Of a stretch of 64,000 nucleotides of DNA, positions 10,117 to 20,984 are shown piece by piece; position 1 is the first letter of the stretch; every line of letters starts with the position of its first letter. This stretch comes from Balanoglossus misakiensis. Lineage: Eukaryota > Animalia > Hemichordata. The stretch spans positions 1,798,001 to 1,862,000 of the forward strand of contig CM082590.2 of assembly GCA_040954595.2 (NCBI GenBank), written 5' to 3'. The translations under genes were made by a program, and so were the position numbers. The notes under the pieces were generated by a model. The model saw nothing but the letters and a program-made list of their open reading frames with translations, made no database searches and was not told the DNA's origin.

Positions 10117-12329
10117 AATAAAATCACCCAAAAAGATTTGTTGTCAATCAGAACAATTGGGCAACAAGATTTACAGGCATACATTAATGTTAGAATTCTC
10201 CATCGGCCAAGCACTGACACACCTGTAAGAAAAAGAAGGCTGAAAACATTTGCCAACAAAATAGTGAAAAAAGTAAAATCCAAGAAAGGTGACAAAGACC
10301 ATTAAACTATTACTGCCTGTTTAAAACTACAAATTGCACACTCAAAAAAATCAGGAGAACCAGTGAAGACATTAGATCAGTTTATTGTATTCCCAAGAGC
10401 CATATGCATGACTGATGGGTTACCCTACAAGGAATCAAAAAGTAATGTCACAAAGTTTTTTAAGGCTCGGTATGACAAACTGGTTCAAGATTTTTTACCA
10501 TTTGGTTGGCGCGCAGAATTTATGATATTAGACGGTATGTTTTTAATCAATAAAGCTCCGCTGGCAGCCCACAGAAATGTTGGGCAATATGCCAATTTTT
10601 TTGTCAGACGTTGGCTTATTCCCCACTTCACTCAATTCTGTTTCGAAGTTCATCTTTTATTTGATGACCCGCATAGACTCGGTATAAGTCCTAAAGATAT
10701 TGAACGTGCCAGGTAGGACAAAAAAATGAAGAGTTGATTGAAATAGATGATATTCATGACTCAACCCCTCTACCACAAGAATGGCGAAAATTCATCAATT
10801 GTAGGCCAAACAAGAGAAAACTAGTGAACTTCTTGTCAGCCACATCTTTAAAAATAATTGTACCGGCTCTGCAAGGTGATCAGGTCCTCATTACAGCAGG
10901 TGGCTTTGATGGGGAAAATAGGGACAAGAGTCTTTTCGTCGGTAGTTATGGAATTGTGTCTGAGTGGGAAGCCAAAAGTTGTCATGAAGAAGCTGACAGT
11001 AGATGCATCCTTCATGCAGTTCAGTCCTCTTACAAGAAAGGTGTTATTTACTCCCCTGATATCGATACTTATCATGTTCTCCTCCCAGTACTATATCAAC
11101 ATGTTCAAAAGGAGATATTTGGACAACTTGATAATGATTTATCCAATCTCACTTATTTAGACATGAATCAATTCAAATCAGATTTAAATTTAGACCCTGA
11201 TTTGCAACATATTCCTCTCCAATATTTAGGCAAAATATTTCAAACACTGTTCATATGCACAGGTTGTGACTATGTGTCATACTTTGCAGGCATCGGAAAG
11301 ATATCTTTCTACAAGACATTCTTTTCAATACTCTGAATTTATAACTAGTGGCACCCTTATACCTGGAACACTGATAGACACAACAGTAGACAGTGTAGGG
11401 AATGGAATTTTCGCTTTCATACGTTTAATAGGTAGTGTTTATGTTAAGAAACATTTCCAAGCATTTGATGCATCTCATCCTTTTGAACTTTATCGACAAG
11501 TAGCCAGTGTCACTAACAGTCTTAAAGATAATCACATCAAATGGCTTACATATATACGAGAAACTATTTGGCCGCGTATCCAGTATGAGGAAGAATGTAT
11601 CCCTTCCTTTGAAGCCCTACAACTGCACTGGAAAAGATCATGCTGGGTCTCTGTTAATTGTCCCAGGTCGATCAGTGCCATGTTACGTTTCCCTTATTCA
11701 ATAATTATGGATACAGACTAAGCAACAGCTAACTTGATTTTATTTGGGACAGTGATGCCAATTTAGAAAAAGTGAAAAATAATTTGGAGTTGCTAACAAA
11801 AGGGTGTGGCTGCAAAAAGATGCCAACTTGTAATAGCAGATGTTGTAAATGTTATAAGACCCACAATGGTTGTGGCCCTGCGTGTCGATGTAATGACTGC
11901 AGTAATCCACATAATGGGAACCCTGGATTCTGTACCACATCGAAAAAGTATGGGGTATGCCCAAAATATACAGATAAGTCACCACTATTAGAATCACCAT
12001 CACCAATCACTGATACTGAACATCATAATATGGAAAATAGCATTGATGCAATTTTACAGGAGGAGTCACATGAATTTGACATTTTAAGAGAAGAAGAGGG
12101 AAATATTTACGAGACTGATTCTGACTTTGACGAACTGACTGATGAATATAACTGGACGGAAGAAAAACAAACTGATAATTCAAAGAATGGTGATTGTGAT
12201 TCCAATGATGGTGACTGTGATGACATTTAATGAATCATCAAAGAAATTGATTTGGTCTCTTGGGGGTTACAGCCCTATTGTGGTTTCAGTCATACCTTTC
12301 CAATCGCACCCAGTGTGTATGTGTTAATT

Positions 12330-13110
12330 TCAGACATGGTTACTATAACCGTGTTCCAAATAATCACCATTTTATCCGCTTGACACTGGGGTAACACAGG
12401 GATCAGTTCTTTGTCCTATACTTTTTAATATGTACACTTCTCCATTAGGTGAATTAGTTTCTAGTCATGGATGCCTGTATATAGCTTTTATGCAGATGGC
12501 TCTTCATTGTCTTTTACCAAGAAGAATGCTCCCAGAATGCTTTCAAATCTTGAACATTGTATTTCTGATGTCGCTACTGGATGTCTGAAAATGTCTTGTG
12601 TTTAAATAACGATAAGACTGAATCTGTTATTTTTTCTGCTACTTCGGGTAATGTATCTGCCAGAGGGATTACAGAAATTCTTGCGATGCTCTGAAACCTG
12701 TTCATTGTCTGACAATGATTGCACAGATCTGCCATTCAGTCGCTTTTCATTTGCAGCATATTGCACTTGTCTGTAAATATTTATCTCAAGCTGCCACAGA
12801 GCAATAAAGTTCCTTCTTTTGTTGCATTTCGAATAGATTCATGTAATTCACTTTTGTTTGGGCTCCCTAAGTACTAGATCAGCCGTATTCAAGTTCAAAA
12901 TATTGCTGCTAGTTCCAAAATCACTGTTTACATCAATGCAATTTCAGTTGCATTGGTTACCTGTGTCTGATCGTATTGTTTTCAATATTTTATTTCTTAT
13001 TTTTGAATTCATTCATAGACTTGGACCATCATATCTGTCTGATATGATCAAATTATATGTTCCAAATCGAAACTTGAAGTCAGCTGATCAGCTCAAACTC
13101 TGTCCTGTTC
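12330..13110 (+). pseudogene. Old, degraded L2-clade reverse transcriptase fragment
   Basis: Across frameshifts: GVTQGSVLCPILFNMYTSPLG, FYADGS, LCLNNDKTE and LHWLPVSDRIVF..GPSYLSDMIKLYVPNRNLKS. Confidence 0.8.
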
Positions 13111-13843
13111 AGCCCAATGCAATGATGACAACAAAAATTGCTTGCCTTCAGACACAAATATTTATTGCATATATCATCAGCGAATAAAGGGAAATGGTTT
13201 TGAAGTTACAGTTGGCATTTTGCATTTTCGAAATGTCTACTTATATCCCAGGCCACGATACGGAGAAAAAAAATAAAAATACACCAGCTGAGCTCCTCAC
13301 ACGTACATAGTCATGTATGGTAAACCTGGCATTCTGTCCATATGGGACCTACATTTGTAGGCGATTGATCGATGTTGTGTCGAAATCAGGCCAGTAATTA
13401 AGTTAAAACTTGGTTGATACGTTACCTTAGGGTGTTATACATTATCCAGTAACTGTTTACCCACGGTAAACGTATCGTTTCACGATCAACGCAACACTTC
13501 TGTATTTACAAGTCTAACATGGAGCCGGAGAGGTCAACGTATACTTCCGGGTCATATCGTCGAACGACATTGATTATTTTTAAGCGGACTGTTACACAAG
13601 CATTTCGAATTAATTTCTTTTCACGGATGTTCGGACCGATATTAGACCTCTCTGTCAGGAAAGTTTGGTTAACTTCCGAGGTCGTTTTCAATGATTTTTG
13701 AAACGTTTGTGGACGTCTCTTTAGGGGTCACCAACATACCACCGAAAACACGTTAAAAACTTCTACTACTATTAAGGACAGATTTTCATAAAATTTACGT
13801 CTGCAGTGAAAAATGGGAATCACTTTCGTAATTTATCCAGCTA

Positions 13844-13916
13844 ACATGGTATTTTATTGCACAACAGAGTTGCAGACCAGGATTTAAGTTGCACAGAAAT
13901 CAACATACATGTGTTG
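13844..13916 (+). pseudogene. Remnant 3' half of an EGF-like domain exon
   Basis: 13868-13916 reads SCRPGFKLHRNQHTCV and is followed by a phase-1 donor G|gtgagt. Upstream cat ggt a ttt tat tgc resembles HGsFYC but is out of frame. Confidence 0.5.
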
Positions 13917-14061
13917 GTGAGTATCTACAATTTGGAGAGAAAGTAAGATGTATGGGTTTGTACAATGTAAGTGTCTTATACATGTATATTTGACACTGAA
14001 ATCATATATTGTACAATCAGTCATTGGTAAATGTCTGCTATTCATGACACAAATCAAAAAA

Positions 14062-14252
14062 CAGTCAAACCTGTGTGAGTGGCCACCTCTATATAGTGGC
14101 CACTTTATTCTAGTCCCTATGCAATTTACATCTACATTAATTGACTTTTCTACAAGGTATAATTTCTACAAGGTATAATGGCCACCTATGTATAAAGGCC
14201 AGTTTAGAAAAGTCCCTTCACTAGCCACAATAGACACTTGTGTTGATTTCTG
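14062..14252. mobile_element. Degraded pogo/Tigger-like MITE
   Basis: Begins cagtcaaacctg with repeated tggccac motifs and ends ...ttctg|ta. Confidence 0.4.
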
Positions 14253-14680
14253 TATGTTTTACGTGTAACACAATCAGGACATTTTTCATAAAGAGGGCAG
14301 CCTTCCAAAATAAAGTGTCATCTCAATGCAGACAATGTGAAAAGGGCGGTCAGTAGAGTACTGCTCGAGCTCTTCTAGTTTGTTGTATACATGATACAAG
14401 TTGTGTGTAAAACTGACCTTACAATAAAATGTGGCTGTCCAAGTACATAAGTTCCAACTATAGTGTTGATACACAAGACAATCAAGTTTTTACTTTGTGA
14501 CCAACTTGCCTCGTGTTCGCGTCTTGGAAGGGTAACATGACTGCATAGCAATGTTTTATTAAAATTTTGTACATAGAGAAATGGACTACTGGGAACTATG
14601 TAAATGATGCCCTGAGCCTAAAAATTCTGACTGTCTGCAATTATAGTTTTAGCATTTTTGTTCAATTGCACTTTCAAGTA

Positions 14681-14850
14681 CAGTCAAACCCGTCTAACAC
14701 CAAAGGGACTGAAGAAATTGTTCAGATTGCAGGTGTCTAATTTAAAGAGGTTCTTTCAACATGTGGTTCTATGTCAAAAGGTTTGAACAATGTCTTTGAA
14801 ATAGACATGTTTCCAGATTAGACAGGGTTCGGTTGAGACAGGTTTTACTG
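14681..14850. mobile_element. pogo/Tigger-like MITE, 170 bp, TA TSD
   Basis: ta|cagtcaaacccgtct ... agacaggttttactg|ta. Confidence 0.7.
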
Positions 14851-15965
14851 TATTTTGATACATGCTCTGGCTTAACCCTTTCACCACCATGGTTCAGTCT
14901 AAACCCTTTATTTTCTATGGTAAGGCTGGATCTTTAAAGAGGAAACTGTTTTTTTTTTCTGGGAATCTCTTTATTTCTTCTGTCACAAAAATTGCATGGG
15001 AGTTCTAATTCTAAAAGGAAAACTGATTTCATAAAAGATCTCAAAGTCAAGTTTTGGATGTGGCTCCATTTCAAGTATTGTAGGTGACTAGTTTTCCGGA
15101 GTTCAAGTCTTTATACTTGCAGTAGAGTTGGTCACATGTACTTGGGTAATCTGAGTGAGGTCAGAAATTGAACTTACACACATTTAGTTGAGTTAAGAAC
15201 ATGTCTGGTGTATTACTGTAATATGACTAGATACAGCAAATGCATTAACTATAAGCGTATGTTAAAATACACAGTTTCCATGGACAAATCTGAGTGATGA
15301 AATTAAATACACATGTTCATTAAAATCCACTATGATAGAGCGCCCCCACTGTTCAGAATGTCCATTTTGAAGTCCTACATCTATGATGTCATGCCTAGCT
15401 GTCAATGTTAACTGATGTGTACTTGTACTACTAGTAAATGGAGGTACTTTAAAGTAAAGCTCAGATGCAAGGTTTTGTAAAATAAATATAATATTAAAAC
15501 GTTGCCATCATTTTAGCCATTTTGAACAGCGGTCCAATTGACTAATGTGATCACTCTGTATGCGGCATATGGCATATTAAGCATTTAGTATTTTTCAATC
15601 AGAAGCCGTTAATCCTGTGATTAATTCTGCTTCTTGCAGCATTGATTTTAAATCACCACACATGAATATTTTTGTCCAAAGGACTGCGGTGCCCAAGTTT
15701 TTATGATAAGATAAACAAATGGTGAAATTTACTGAAGAAGTGAGCGAGCACTTGCCCATTCATTGTTCAATGAAAGGTGACCACCAAAACAAAAGTATTG
15801 AGAAAATAACCTGAAGTTGGAGTTACTGAGTTTTAAATTGATTTCAATTATTTCCCAAGTGAAAAGCTTGGATAGGCTGAAGCTCCTGTAGTCAGTTACC
15901 TGTAGGTAGATTGACACATATGACAATGGTTGACTGTTTACACTTTTCTTTGTTTGATCTTTCAG

Positions 15966-16208
15966 AGGAATATTCAAGCACTGCAGAAGAATCTAGAGAT
16001 GGCACAGAAAAAAGAACTTGAATTGAAACAACAGCAAGATCAACATGCCAGACAAAGTCCACTCATAGCACTAAGACAACAACATCAACAACAACAGCAA
16101 TTACAAAGGTTACAACAACAGAGAGCCCAACAACAACAACAACAAGCAGTGCAAGCACAGCCATCCAATATACAATCAACAAATCAACAACTAAATCACC
16201 TCTTACAA
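15966..16208 (+). CDS. MED25: Q-rich coding exon (81 codons, phase 0-0) resembling the penultimate part of Mediator subunit 25
   Basis: Acceptor tgatctttcag| and donor |gtaagt. Translation RNIQALQKNLEMAQKKELELKQQQ...NQQLNHLLQ gives a coiled segment plus an LxxLL NR box, as I recall for invertebrate MED25. The exon is well supported; the gene identity is from memory. Confidence 0.6.
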
Positions 16209-17658
16209 GTAAGTTGTCATAATAATGTGTACAGTGAATATTTTGAAAACCAAGACTGGTACCAGTGGCACTTCTGGGAATTGTTATGTGGGGAAAAATA
16301 AAATAAGTTTTCTCAAAAAGTTGCTTTCTTGATGGTACAAATAACATTGGTCAGTGCCATTCCCAAAATTATTTTAATGTATTGAAGACCTGAAAGTCAC
16401 ACAGAATAAATTCAATGCACTATTTGCCCAACATGACAACTTTTCCCCACACAGATTTAGACGTGGTGGGTATGGCCGATTTGCCTCAAATCGGCCATAC
16501 ACACCACATCTATTAATATTCATGAGTTTACTTTTCTTGTTTACGTACACTACTATAACAATTGGAAATCTAGAGAATGTCCATTTCATCAAGTTGACAA
16601 CCCCCACATGTGTAAGTCATGTACATAAACAAAAATAGTCTGGTGTGTGGAGCCTTCTCCCTTTTTGAAATACATTTTTATGCAATCAGTCCAAACTCAT
16701 GATCAGTCCAACCTGTTCAGTTTTAGTGTGGGGAAAAGCTGGAATGAAAGCAGACCTAAATTACAGACAACGAAATACAACAAATCTTGTCTCATTCTTA
16801 TTTTCAATTCCTCTAGTTTTTCCATGGTACCAGTGTGGAAGCACTGCTGATAACCTCTGACAGACAGTTTTAAATGACGACAATCATCTTACTCTTATGT
16901 ACATATGCGTTAATTTTGTGTGTACAAAATAACGTCCAATCCAAATATCTGCAAATTTTATGTGCGTGCATTCATATAGTGGACTGCCTTTGCTTCCTTC
17001 TATATTTCTTGCACGCCGTATAAGAAGAATTTAGTTTTGACTCTTCTTTTCACTCAATTTGCTGTCTTTTCCTAATCTATGACACAGACTATGGTTGCCG
17101 CCACCTTGTCTGTTGTTAAGACAGCACTTGTGGCATAGATAAAAAAATTATAACTAGAGTCTCTGCTTTGGCAAGTGTGCGTTAGACGATCAATACCCTT
17201 TAACAAAACTCTGCTTAGAATTCAAATCATATTCTTTTCAAAATGTCAGCATCTGATTACATAGTGAATTAAAGCTGCAAGCAGTGTTCACTAGGCCCAA
17301 GCAATTCCCAGGGTTCCTACAGAATGCCAAGGATTATCTGCTGTGGATACCCACAATTTTGTCAAAAAGTTTTGATCCTAAACAGATCTATGTCCTACAA
17401 AATCGAAACTTCTAGATCTATTGGTTAGCCTAGAATTAGGAGTGTACATAATTAAGGTCATTGGGGGTCCTGAAACTAACCATCAAATTTTAGACACAGC
17501 TTAAATCAATTTCCCATTGTATAGTTACTATATGCCACCCTAAATTTCAGTCTGATTGACAAATGTGAAGAAAATTAAAAAGAGATGTCTCCTGATACAT
17601 TGCCATTTTCTGTGAAGTGACTTTAAAAGAAAACTGTTTTGTTTGTATTCAACTGCAG

Positions 17659-17934
17659 CAGCAACAACAAGCCAGCAGAACACAAGCAACCATTCCACCA
17701 CCAAAACAACAACCAGCAGCAACAAAACAAACATGGCAACAACAACAACAACAGCAGCAGTTATCACAACAACAACAACAACAACAACAACAGCTGTAAC
17801 TAGGACAACAGCCAAGGCCGCGACCAAAGGTACCTCAGATGGGCTTGGCACCCAGCTTGCAACAAACACAGCAACAATCAAGTAGTACTCTGCTGGCTGA
17901 TGACCGGAGATTTTTTGATATTCTGAATCAATAA
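17659..17934 (+). CDS. MED25: Terminal polyQ exon of the same gene, with an internal in-frame TAA at 17797-17799
   Basis: Acceptor tattcaactgcag| in phase 0, matching the previous exon. Past the TAA the frame continues LGQQPRPRPKVPQMG...LLADDRRFFDILNQ*, which resembles the MED25 C-terminal MEDDILMDLI motif. Confidence 0.55.
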
Positions 17935-18440
17935 ATTTATACAGGAAACTGACTATAATGAACAGGAGACTGTTCATGCCTTCATTACCATTGTAACTTC
18001 TATATACTAAATGAAACCCAGATGCCCAAAGAAATGTCAAAAATTTCTCAAGGTATGCGGGAATTTTCAAATATTCCAGACAGTCGAGTGTTTGGGATTT
18101 GGAATATTTATCACTCTCATTTACTGTATACAGACACATCCATTGCAAAGCTATCACCTCCACTCATTCTTCAGTGTTCCTTGATTTAAAAAAAAATAAT
18201 TTTGAAACAGATCAAATAACACGAAATTGTTATTCCAGTGTAGTAACAGAATATACTCGGTCTGTACTAATTCTTGCATTAGCTTTACATTGTTTCCATC
18301 ACAATGCCCTATTTCAATATAACCATATTTGTATGCCGGGCGGATGTAACTAGTTGTCAGTGTCTATTGTAATACAAAGTCTGCCATACACAAAGCAACT
18401 GTGCATTGTCTTCTGGTGTGAAAAAAAGATACTTAGGATG

Positions 18441-18650
18441 TATGTAAAATGGGAAATTTTCATGAGAGATAAATTCGCCCGAATCATGTAAGTGCTAAAA
18501 AAACACGAAAACTAAAAAGTCGCGTAAACATGTTTTTCAGAAATAATGATGAATTGAAATTCGAGAATGCGAAAATTAATTGTTGCATAACAGTTACCAC
18601 ATTTGATATTATGAAAATTTCCCGTTGCGAAAATTTCATGTTTTACAGTA
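18441..18650. mobile_element. Degraded Tc1/mariner-type MITE
   Basis: tgtaaaatgggaaattttc ... gaaaatttcatgttttacagta, with internal gcgaaaatt repeats. Confidence 0.5.
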
Positions 18651-18693
18651 TATACCCATATTTTTTCCACTTCCAAAACTAACATCAAGAGTC

Positions 18694-18982
18694 ATGCATG
18701 CCACTGGCCCAATAAAGCCTGATAGCTCTTGCTGGGAATTGTGATGTAACTAGCATCCCCCTTAAAGTCACTGACATAAACTGAACAATGGCGATTGTGT
18801 GTAAGGTTATAGTAAAGGCAAGGCTAATTTAAATTTAAAATGGTACCAATCCTTAATCACACATATGTATCCTTTGACCAATCATTGGAAAAACAAAGTC
18901 CGTGATTGACTTCAAAGGGATGCTAATTACATCACGATTCCCTGCAAGGGAGATTATGCTTTATTGGGCCAGTGGCATGCAT
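18694..18982. mobile_element. 289-bp foldback MITE with ~85-bp imperfect TIRs
   Basis: atgcatgccactggcccaataaagc... versus ...gctttattgggccagtggcatgcat (25 bp perfect, then imperfect inward). Confidence 0.8.
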
Positions 18983-20104
18983 AGTTTTTTGAAAGCAAAG
19001 CAGATAAAATACAGCGATATACTAGACTAATACCTTATTAACTCCTGATCATTGGAGAATGTATCTCTAAAGTTACTCTCTATCGCTCCCTCAGGGAAGA
19101 GAGCAGTAGACAGCTCTTTGAGTGTCAGAACTTCCAGTTGTATACCAATCATTTGTATTACCCAATCACAGACTTTGTGTTATTGGTCATTTATCTATCC
19201 AATTGAAACTCATGTGTTCATTGGAGCATTACACCAAAGAAGTCACACTATAACAGTGACAATACAACACTTGCGAAAACATGGATTGCTCAGGTCAGCC
19301 TATCTGGTTCCAGATTATCTGTGACCCAACTAATGCAGCTATAATGAATGTGTTTGGTTATATACAGAGATGTGTAGATTGTATAAGACGTGTTAATATT
19401 ACACTCTAGCATGGGGCAATGTATATTTATCTTATGAAAGCCACAAAGTCACTAGCTCTTGATGTTCATTTTCTATTTTTGTTGTTGAATAATTTGTTAT
19501 GAAATTGGATTGGCGCTGAACTCACGACACGTTTATACATCCATGTCATAATTTTTGTTAAAGCCAAACAATTAAATATCACCATTATAACAAAATTAAC
19601 AACAATCTAACCCCGGGGCTGTCACTAATTTGAAGGGATACCGATCCAGAGTTAATGTTTCATTGGGAAGTCTAACAGTGTTTTGAAATGTCACATTGTA
19701 ATTTGAAAGTTTGGGCTTGGGCAGTGACAATGACATTGTTTGTGTACACAATTTGAAATGGAGCTCTTTCAAAAGAGAAAAGTGGTGTGTGGAAAAGAAT
19801 GAAGTCTTTGGGCTTATATCAGGCGCCTTCATTTGACTCTCAAGGAAAGTTTGGTAAAACAATTAACTTGTTGTGTGTCAGCATTATTGGGAAAGATTAA
19901 GCACACACATGTATACAGGTTAGATTATAATGGAAAATCACCATCAGTCTTTTTTCTTAGCACTCTCACCATTCACCCCCAGTTCCCTGTGTAGACATCC
20001 AACTTTTCCAAAAGAAAGAATGGATTTGGACCAAACCATTAGTTCATTTGAATACCGGTATGTATGTAATATCTGTATTTATAACATACATCATGCTAAC
20101 ACTG

Positions 20105-20363
20105 TGTCATGATTCACCAGAATCCGTCACGTGATAAGAAAATAGAATCGACTATGAATCCCTCTAGGGAAATAGCAGAAAATATATAAACTGGTCACGT
20201 GACCAACAGGATATAAAAGAATCCCATGCATATACTTAGTCAGTTCACCTCTGTAGCCAGACTGGCCATACGTATGAACTGATGATGTCCCTGTTATAGG
20301 CATATGTCTTGTGAAACATATAAACCACTTTGGTGTGTTTTGTGTTTGGTGAACAGCGTGACA
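20105..20363 (+). mobile_element. Probable solo LTR (259 bp)
   Basis: TGTCATG...CGTGACA termini, cacgtg boxes, TATA-like tataaaag at ~20212 and a tataaa signal followed by a GT-rich tract. No clear TSD. Confidence 0.5.
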
Positions 20364-20984
20364 AGCATGTTAGAATCAAACTATTACATGCATGTTAAGA
20401 AATATAGTCTGTTATATGGAAGTGACCATAGTTGCCATACTATTAAAATCACATTTTTAATATCAATATTCACATGTCATTGCTTTCTACGTTTCTTGAA
20501 TTTCCTATCATTTTATGTTAACAAAAACAAGAGCCTTCCGTGACAACTTTCGAAAATATTTCATGTAATCAGCCATTTATGTGTGTGTGAATAATGACCC
20601 CATGAGGCTGTAGAATCATGTGTAGTGCTGAAGGGGAAGCCATTCCTCCATAGCTTTCATATTGCATAAGATGCTAAGTTGGTATTTTCCACATATTGCT
20701 TTTTTGTACTGAGAGTTCTGTATGTTATGCAGTCCTTTAGAAGAGCTTTTGACAAACATTTCATTGTACTTTCAAGACTGCTACAGTATTTAGATATTAT
20801 ATGCAGTATTAGGAAGAAATATCTTTGATATTTTTATTCTAACAATTTTCCCATCATGATAAACAAGTAGACAGGAATGTCATGTCAGGATTTTTGCATA
20901 CATAAAATAAATATTCTGACAAAATAAGTGCTTTTGTCTGTCTCTTTGATTTCAGGTGAGGATCAGTATTTGTTGTTGCTTTTT

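Larger units (their letters stand above)
5962..12230 (+). pseudogene. AcademX polyprotein pseudogene with many stops, frameshifts and two insertions
   Basis: Transposase motifs: IDNIDK..FHGT (~6810-6890), VVVGDGKT (D at 8094), DWHTLKNY, FKFW..FI, IRSGNW, LFHAYDR and VALDEAHE (~9535). XPG motifs: ILDGMFLI, LFDDP, HEEADSR, SPDID and TGCDYVSYFAGIGK. Then GCGCKK..C..CCKC..CGPACRCNDCSN and an acidic tail ending at 12230. Confidence 0.85.
5962..13843 (+). mobile_element. Decayed AcademX-type DNA transposon; its 5' part is missing from the window
   Basis: The domain order transposase, XPG/FEN1 nuclease, Cys8 finger is the defining AcademX architecture. The candidate right terminus ...cactttcgtaatttatccagCTA at 13843 fits Academ TAG...CTA ends. 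Confidence 0.8.

Noticed and set aside
10363-11721. Host FEN1/XPG/GEN1 repair gene or tesmin/LIN54 gene
   Set aside because: The segment is intronless, fused to transposase motifs and riddled with stops, which fits the AcademX architecture.
14872-14948. Small ttaaccc-starting piggyBac-like MITE, with a related fragment at ~19968-20040
   Set aside because: Only partial, degraded ends with no paired TIR or TSD, so it is too weak to list as a feature.
17540-18163. 207-aa Val-rich ORF on the - strand and Thr-rich ORF at 17643..17885
   Set aside because: These are antisense and shifted-frame readings of the (CAA)n polyQ exon.
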